DNA of 56,023 nucleotides, counting the filler, from Jimgerdemannia flammicorona (taxonomy: Eukaryota), in the NCBI GenBank assembly GCA_003990765.1. It is 2 parts of 2 records of this genome, joined end to end, with 100 filler letters (N's around TTAATTAATTAA, not from the genome) between each part and the next. Parts side by side here need not be neighbours in the genome. Positions count along the whole stretch, not along the records: positions 28,074 to 56,023 come from RBNJ01000591.1; 1 more part is not named here. One strand, written 5' to 3'. A program made the position numbers and the translations under genes. Positions 47,606 to 56,023 of the stretch are shown here, piece after piece; the first letter of the stretch is position 1; each line of letters starts with the position of its first letter. The notes under the pieces are model-generated. The model searched no databases, was not told the origin of the DNA, and saw nothing but the letters and a program-made list of their open reading frames with translations.

Positions 47606-50600
47606 TCATACTCCCGCCTCGCTGCTCTCCGAGACGCACGCACACCCACATCCCGTAGGACATACACCCATGCCCTCAAACCATTCCCGCATATGATGCG
47701 TGTGCCCACCATGCCCGCAACGGATGCAGAAATTGATAGGTCCTTTTACGAGGTGATGACATATCGTGCACTTGATCTGCCGCCTGTGCCGATGGCACTC
47801 GGAACACGTATTGTCTGGCGGGCCCAGTGCCGACCCGCACTTGTAACAAAACAGTTCGACCTCCAGGCACTGCTCGCGGTCGCCAAGCAGCCACTCCATC
47901 GCGCCCTGCGGAAAAGCCGGCGTGCCGGTGCGCGGAGGCAGCGGGACCAACGGAGTCATATTGATGCCCGACTGTCCGTGGGCGGCATCCGCACTCTTGC
48001 TGTGCAGACTTCCAACTGAATTACCACGGGCACTGCCGGGGCCGACATCGACGTTGGGCGCCGACGGATTGATGTTCCAAGATTGAGACGCCGACGGGAT
48101 TACCGGGGCGACTGCCAATGCGGCATTTCTCATTTCCCGCCAAACAGATCCGGCGCTCACCCCTTGTGCGAAGCTGACGAACTTCAGCAGCTCTGCACGT
48201 CGCTCGAACAGTCCCCACCGATAGAGCATGTCTGAATAGAAGATACGATAAGCGTCGAGCTGGGGCGCTTTCACGGCATCCAGCAAGGTGACGTGATGCG
48301 AATGTATCTTCTCGTCATCAAAATCTTGTGGATTCACCATCCGAACAACGATCCCCTCGTGAGTCGTGATGATACTTCCATCCTTGCCCGCGAACATTTG
48401 TCCTTGGAACCTGTAACCGGATGGGCTTGGCCTCCTCGGGGTCACCGGGGGTGAGGGTACGTTGAAGGAATTCACACTCGACGACATGAGTGGTAGGCTG
48501 TTTTGTCGCGGTTTCACACTGCCGCTGCTCGCGAAGCCGACTGAGTGGCCGCGTTGGTGACCCTTATAATCCGAGTTGTAATTCGGCGGGTATCCTTCCT
48601 TCTCCCCAGTTCCCAGAAATGAGACTCGATTGCCAGCCATGTATGTTGCCGTATTGGTACCCTCCATGGCGACGATGTTACTATCGATTTCGTGGCCCAG
48701 GCTCAGCCCAGATCCAATGGGGGTAGGAGGTGTCAAATTATGCGAATCAGAATTAGAACCAAAGTTCATTCCAAAGTACCCCTTTGAACCAAGAGACTCT
48801 GTGCCAACGTTGGGTAGGGGCAGAGATGGAGTTGAGGACGTTCGTACTGGCGAGGGGCCAAAAATGGTTCCGTGGCCAACCTGGACAGCTGGAGTGAATT
48901 GTATATGAGATAGCTGCGGGGGTAGCGAGGGCCAAAAAGTCGCCGCCGATGCATAGTTGTATCGCTCTGGGTGGCGCATGTAGTGGTTGTTAAAGTATTC
49001 GTAGGTATTTGAATTCATATTGTTCGGGTGACCAGGTTGGGTTACGTCTGATTCGTAGTTGCGGTGGCCAGAATGTCGATCCTAGAAAGCACATATGGAG
49101 TGGATGAACAAAATTCCGAAAACAGTCATACGGGATAATAGATGATATTGCTATTTCTTACCGCCTCTCGCAACTCCAGAGACAACTTGTCCGGCGGGAA
49201 CGGCTCTCGGAATACGCAAGACAACATCGACAGCATCTGCACATCGCCGAGCTGCAGGAAATGATGAAATCTACGCCAGATTACAAGAGAAGCTAAAAGC
49301 CATTAATTTCGCGGGACAGAACTACGATGAAACAGGGTAAAATATACGTTTCATACGCACAACTTGTCCACAAGCTTTCTTCCAAGCGGATGTAGGCCCC
49401 ATTTTGCTCTTCCTAACAAGAATGCGGCGCCATTGTCAGTTGAATCCATGAACCCATCCTCCGATTTTTCATGCTGTTCCAACCCAGTACCGCTATCGCG
49501 CCGCTGCCTCCCCATCAAACCCAAATCCATCGCCAGGTTCAACATCTTGGAACGAATGTCAGTTCCGTGCAGGTACTTTTTAGCGCCCTCTGCTGCGATG
49601 GCCATTGGGTCATTCGGGTCGTCTTTGTTGCTACCGAAGAGGGGGACAACCGCCTTTAAGATTTCGGCAGCGAGCAACCAGACCTTTTGAAGATCTCGAC
49701 GTTGGTGTTCACGGCACACCCGTGCATTATGTCGACATATGGCTACAGGATCGCTACCGTAAAGGCTGGTTTGTCAAGACCACGAAAAGAGAAAATGTTA
49801 AAGGTGTCAGGTAAAAATCTTGTCCATTATATATAATTATAGTGCTCGTGCCAATGACGTCGTGTTAAGCAGAAAACCAAAAACCCTCCAATATCACATA
49901 ATTAAAGGAGAGAAATACTAACATATATTCCTTCGCCAATGCCGGATTGAATGGCATCAACTTTGACGTATCTTTGATTTCAACTTTGTGTGACACGCCA
50001 TTTTCTTTGGCAGGCTGATAAATTGACATTGGGTCATCAAGACTGTTGCCACGCGGAAGGTTCTTTCGTGGGTCATTGCAAAAGAAAAAAAAGGAGCCAA
50101 GTTATTACGGTTAGACGGACGAGGCGAAGAGAACGCAAGAATACGAACATGGAAACTTGAACTGACCTTTGGCCTGTAATAAATGGACGACATGGCTCCC
50201 GCAAATCCATATTGGTCATCCGGATCGTCATCAAATCCGGTGCCAAACCCATTTCCATTGGGAGCCGCGGTATTTCGGGGTTTCGACAACTCTGCAATCT
50301 CTTTATACTCCTCATATCGCTCATAGGATTTTGGGCGCTCATAGTAATCAGAAAATGTGGGCTCTAAGTAGCGGGAATCGTTTCCAGTCGGATGGCGAAT
50401 TCTGGCATTGTGTGTGCTAGCGGCACGTCTTCCAACTGAGCTGGGACGTGATGGCGCAGCCGAACGCGAGCTCGCATCATGAACGCGGAGGGGAGAGTAA
50501 AACGTGACGAGGCGGCCTGGAAGCGACGAGAGGATAATACTGATTAGCGGAATTGGATGTTGCGCAATGGCTCGATTGCAAACCAGTAATATATACATAA

Positions 50601-53600
50601 TATACTGTATATACTAACAAAAAAGAAGGAAAGAAAGGGAAAAGGCAAAGGAACAAGGAAATGCAGCTCAGCGCACCATCTCCAGAAAACACTGCACCGC
50701 ATAGACGTGGGAATGGCACATTTTGATCCAAACTCTCTACTACCGGTATATCAGCGGCATCGTTCCGATCACTCGCGACACTACTCCTATATCTATACCT
50801 CGTTCTGTACAATCCGCCTGCTGCGCTGGATGGTGCGACCGATACATCATCATCCGAATCCCCATCTGCGCCATAACGATCCCCGAAATTACCATAATTG
50901 CTCCCGCCCAAATTGTCCAGTTCTTCCGTCGGTGTTTCGCCCAATAGATAACGCAGGCAGGCCTCTAGAGAGGGGCGCCGCAGCCCAGTCAAATTGTCGG
51001 CAATATTGGTAAGATCTCGTTGCATGTAAGTACGACGGTACATTGAGATCATAGCGTTTTTCTGGATATCAAACACCGGGGCCACCTTGTCAGGATAGTT
51101 AGGTGGGAATGTGATGGTAACACGAAGAAAAGCCGTGTCTGTATCGGACCAAGGCCCGTGCAAGGTGACAACACAATAGCGAGAGGTGAAGTCCACTTTC
51201 TCAAACTTAACAATGTTGATGAATCGCTTCATGACAGCAGTGAGTTCTTCAGCAAGTGTCCGATAATCGCCATTGGGTTCGCCGTCCTTGCCGCCTGCTT
51301 CTCCCGTAGGCCGAACAGTCTTGACGTTTTGCATCCAGACTAGCGGGCTCATGCTCCAGTTGGTAGAGGATTGGGCGCGATATATACCACCGCTTGTACT
51401 GGTGATTGTAGCCTTTCCTGCAGCAGGAGCATCGGCGTACGCACCGGTGGATGACGGAACCGAGGTACGGAGGGGAGATACCGTTGATATGCGACTTCCA
51501 GCAAGAACACGAAGAGTTGAGACGGCGGGTGAAGGCGAAATCATAGAGGGTGAAGCAGCGCCTGAGCTTGAGCGATGTGGCGGATCACGGAACGAGTACG
51601 CCCCGTGATTGCCGTCCGGTGTGTTAGCGTAATGTGGTACGGTGAGATAGGTTTTGGTAGGGGATGGGATATGGTTTATCGACTGGTTTGGGAGATTACA
51701 TAAAGTAAAATGAAAAGATAAATCATTTGCAAATCAAATGGTGTGTTTATCGAAGGCGCTGTCGACCTGTATTTAATTCGGAAAGAAAAAACTGAACCGA
51801 TCGAAATACAATCAATATTACCTTCACCACTTTATCCGAAATCGGCCATAATCGTAAATGCTGATCTTTAGACCACGTCACCAGCTGGAACTCTCGATCA
51901 TCTGAAGATATCCAGAGAAATTAGCATGATTAAACATGTAGCCGCACTTTCGCTTGAAGATCATTGAGATATGCTGACCAAAATTGCTAGATTTCTTGCT
52001 TATTCTTAGTCAACTTTCTGACCTCTGAACCCTTTCTTTCAAACCGACGGAATATTACTCACCCGCATCGATGCTTGCAGGACCTCCTCGCCATCGCCAC
52101 ACGAATTCCTTAACGGTATCCGTATGCCCATGGAACACATACGCAGGTGTGACAGGTTTGTCGCAGTTCCATAGCGATAGCGTCGTTTCGGAACGCTGCG
52201 GCATGGTGAGAATTCCATTGCCGAAAGGCTAGTTTGATAAATACGCCCACATTGGATTGAAAATAATGAAGAGATTGGCTCGATGATGAGTACGTGGTTG
52301 GGAATCCAGAGAACACGATACAGTTAGGCAATTAGCTAAGTATCTTCGTACCGTATGCCGCGCGCGCCATACTGGCGAATTTGTCTGTATCGTCGCCTTG
52401 CATTCATTGGGTGTGTTAATGTCCCAAAACTAGACGAGAAAACGGATAAACCGGGTTTGCAAAAGGGATAAGTAGTCTATCACATCGATATAGTCACAAG
52501 TGGCCATAGTTATCCCAAGAAGTTGCGTAGCTGTGTTTCACACTCTAACCATATCTCATTTCTGAGATTCGCTCACCTTGACTAACTTGTCAAGCGAGCA
52601 TGTGACGATGATATGCTCGTGCTGGCGGTTCCAGTCGATACCGTAAATTTTGGTCGTGTGCGCCGTGATATTGTTAACGGGGAGGGACCCTTTCTGGCAT
52701 AAGTTGCGTGGTTTCACATTAACATACGGCGGTCCAATGGTTTGGTCATGGATAAGGTAGACAGAAGCCATTTGCCGCGCTTACCCTTATATCCCAGATC
52801 TTTACGTCTGTATCATGCGCGGACGCGAGGAGAAACTCATTTTTGCGGTTGAATTTCACTTGTGTAGCGCCAGCTGCATCAAACATTAGGATATTTGAGC
52901 AAATACCCCGGTTTAATATTGAATGAAAGCAACCGTGGCGATTCACTGGATAACCTCCGCAAAGTTCTCGCGTGATGAATGAATATCAGGCGATTTTTTT
53001 TTTTTTTTTTTTTTTTTTTATGATTCCGGAGCTCGTCGTAGCTACCAAAGAACCGACGATTCCTTTTCTGTAACTAGTCGACTAGATACGATAGAAAATA
53101 AATATGGATGTACCTGTCCAAGCGCAAAACGAACTCGCTGGTCTCATCCCCCTGCGTTCTCCATCACTTCCCGACGGTTCCCCTGCGAACCGCAAATCCC
53201 ACAGATGAACAAAAGTATCCACGGAACAGGTCGCAAGGAGATCTGGGTGATGCGCGGACCAATTGATGTCCGAGATGGCGCGGGAATGTGCATGCAAGAT
53301 GTGTTGGATAGCTTCAGAACCGGAGAAGTCGAGATTCCATACAAGAGCCTTTTGATTGGACTGACGAAAGTTGTGAGAGAAATCAGGTCCTGCGTCCGAG
53401 TCTAATGCCAGATCTCACATCATCATTCTGGTTTGTCCCCATCCTTTAAGAGAACAATCCGCAATTCAACACTGTGACAAATATTGCAAGACCGAAAATA
53501 GAACATAAAACCCACAGTGGATGCAATCCAAGCTTCTCGCGTAATATGTGGACTCCATTGCACATCTGCTACTTCCCACTTGGATAGATGGTGCAAAAAT

Positions 53601-54214
53601 CGCGGAAGTTCGTATGGGTTTTCCAGATCGATGATGTAAAGGCCCTTACGGCTGTGATGCGGTATATGGAGCAAGAAAAATGTTAAATTCGTAGCAGACA
53701 AGATCGACCCAAAGAACCAATAATGAAATTGAGAAGGGATTTGTTAAACTTACGCCGCAAGGACGATGTCTCTGCAACTCGGGCTGATGCTCATGCTCCC
53801 AACTGGCTGCTCAACCTTAATACTCAGTTGCTGATAGAAAGACCTGTCGGAGTATGTGTTGCCCGTCGGCGACGGCGAGCGCGGACGTTTCGCACCACTG
53901 GCGCCAGTCGTCATAGTCACCGCACCCACTCCTTCGTTTTGTCCATTCCCGTATCCACCCTTGTTATAGTAGGCATTATTCGCAGATTCTGGTACAGGAG
54001 AATGCGACTGTGAGCGTGAAGGCGGTGAGTGGGAACGTGAGCTTGAAGATGCCGACGGAAAGCGTGCGCCTTTGTTTTGAAGGTATATCCCGGGAGGGCC
54101 CTCAAAAATGCTTGAGGGTAGGGCGCGAAAAGGTATAGAATTTTGAGTCTGGGTGACGTCGTTCAGGATGGCGCTGGAATCTAAAGTGGGTGAAGGTGTG
54201 TCGTCAGTCGACAT
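47606..54214 (-). CDS. WDR59: GATOR2/SEACAT subunit WDR59 (Sea3/Mtc5): WD40 repeats, RWD domain, C-terminal zinc/RING, multi-exon
   Basis: GSMSISPSCRDIVLA, HSRAISDINWS..LATCSVD..WDLR, AHTTKIYGIDW; RWD-like LHGPW...FPPNYPDKVAPVF; NVPFPRLCGAVFS; CTICH...CGHGGH..H..EWF...CPTGCGC. Confidence 0.92.
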
Positions 54215-54715
54215 GGTTATCAACAGTGTGTGTTGTATATGAAGGCCTCGAAGTATTGCGGGGATGTCGATTTGGAAAATTCGAATGTTGCTTAGAATGG
54301 ATTGCATATGATTGGCTATCGCGGTGGCTTGACTGGGGCGTGCTGAAAACAAGACCGACGTGGTAAGTTATTTTATTGATGGAGTACTGCTGCAGCAAAT
54401 TTTCACCTCTTTACCACTCTACACCATGAAAAATTTAGAAAGGAACGCATTATTTTCACACGACTGATCCGTCTGAGTGAGCGCTCATTGAATTTCTGAA
54501 GTGGAGGTCTCAGTTTCCAGACTTTTCAAGTAGGGAATATGAGTATGGTGTTTTTCTTGACTATGTCAAAAAGCTGTCAAGAGTGGTGAAAGCAGAGCAG
54601 TACAGCAAATATGAGATGAAAGGTGTAAGTTTATTTTTATTTTTATTTATTCATTAAGTCAATTGGTGGACCAAGAATATTTATTCTTAAGGATTTAATT
54701 AGTATTGATATATTT

Positions 54716-54719
<4 letters not shown>

Positions 54720-54782
<63 letters not shown>

Positions 54783-55339
54783 GACTCAATATTCTGCAGA
54801 TTTTATTAAAAAGGAACCTAAACTATATAGGCCAAAACTCTCCCCTACTATTATCTTCCCATTAATCTAGATTACTGAATTATCTTGCAGTCTCACTATT
54901 CTTGCTATATATATCAGATATGCTGATTTCTATTATATAGATTAGACTTATCTATTTATCAAGGCTAGATTATCTTGATCATACATAAGAGTATATCTAT
55001 ATGTCAGATCTAATAATGCTGAGACTGAATAAGAAATAGCCCTCTGAACTCCAAATAAAGATCTAAGATAAAGAAAAATCTCCCAACTAGTCAACAGAAG
55101 ATAGAATAGATTTAGAGTGAGTGAGTAAAAAACTTATATATAAGATCTCTTCAAAAGGACTGACATATGGACTAAGGCTTAAAAAAGCCCTACTCTCACT
55201 CTTTGAGCCTGTGGACCTCAATTACATTACTATATCAGTTCTTAGTTCTAGTTGGATACTACTAAATGAGAGGTTTTACTCCTCAAGTCTGTAAGTCTCA
55301 ATTATATTACTGTATCAGCTCTTAATTTTAGTTAGATAC
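54720..55339 (-). mobile_element. Divergent relative of the poly(A) retroposon, decayed, interrupted by an LTR
   Basis: Poly(T) at 54720-54779. The next ~100 bp and 55190-55260 match copy 3; the middle differs. A ~57-bp block is duplicated (55205-55261 and 55285-55341). Confidence 0.65.
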
Positions 55340-55778
55340 TATAAGAGAGTTACTTATAAAAGTACTATTATGTAGTTCTGGAAGGATTCTCTAGAAGTTT
55401 TGAATATTCTAGAAGACTATTTTCTTAAGATCAAGATTAATTTCATATAGAGTATATTCTCTATACTTATTGATTTTAATATTAGATTGATATCTTAATC
55501 AAAGTTCTTTTTTGGACTTATTCTGAATATTCAGAATTTTCTATATTTTAGAAAGTTAAAAAAACTAAGACTAGCTTAGTTAAATTAATATATCACTGTA
55601 GACAATACTCAATTAGGAAATTTTGTAATATGGTTAGGAGTAGGATCTAATAGGGTATAGATTTACTTAAAAGTAGTTTGTAAATTATTAAATAGATTTA
55701 TTTACTATTTATGATATTGCTATACTAGAAGTAGTTTGTACATATGTATGAAGAGATATTGAGAGAAAGTATTCAGAA
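55340..55778 (-). repeat. Hypermutated partial copy of the element D LTR
   Basis: Colinear with 494-927; differences are predominantly G>A and C>T. Confidence 0.85.
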
Positions 55779-55779
55779 G

Positions 55780-56023
55780 CCTCTTTCTGGTGGGAGAGGG
55801 GGGTCGCTGGGAGGACCTAAAATCTCGGCTTGTGGGTGGGGTGGGGGATAGTTGGCTCACTGTAGGATGGGTGTTGGCAGTATGGGTGGGATTGGCGGGA
55901 CATTGGCTCTTTGTATTTGAGGAGGGGCAGCGGCTGGGGCTAGGTGCAAAGGTGTTACGGTGGGAGGAGCTGGTGGGGGATCTGCTGACCGGATGGTGGG
56001 TGGGTTGGGGACCTCAGGGAGGA
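55780..56023 (+). mobile_element. Probable LINE ORF2 3' fragment at the contig end
   Basis: G-rich, Trp-rich coding potential (VLAVWVG...HWLFVFEEG) and composition like 27481-27973. It truncates the LTR copy. Confidence 0.4.

Overview
Eukaryotic, intron-rich fungal DNA. Gene style suggests Mucoromycota (inference). The window is two contigs joined by an artificial 100-nt spacer (44 N + TTAATTAATTAA + 44 N, 27974-28073). Left contig (1-27973): a nested retrotransposon graveyard. It holds dUTPase-carrying Ty3/gypsy elements, a 2-kb LTR that encodes an ORF, solo LTRs, a decayed Ty1/copia, L1/Tx1-type LINEs, a poly(A) retroposon and a MITE. Right contig (28074-56023): four intact host genes (a Rap-GAP, a long-chain acyl-CoA synthetase, FKBP12 and WDR59/Sea3/Mtc5). 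The main result is missed by the ORF track because heavy C>T/G>A mutation has broken the reading frames. Two different relics of RNA-guided nuclease (OMEGA/Fanzor) elements flank the acyl-CoA synthetase gene. One is a Fanzor1 gene (33035-36640, minus), split by a retroposon and followed by a structured, CpG-retaining candidate omegaRNA. The other is an IS607-like element (about 43330-45562, minus) with a serine-recombinase TnpA and a Fanzor2/TnpB gene that appears to carry spliceosomal introns. Repeats across the window show RIP-like transition hypermutation that extends beyond CpG sites. All calls come from manual translation and motif recognition; no database searches were run.
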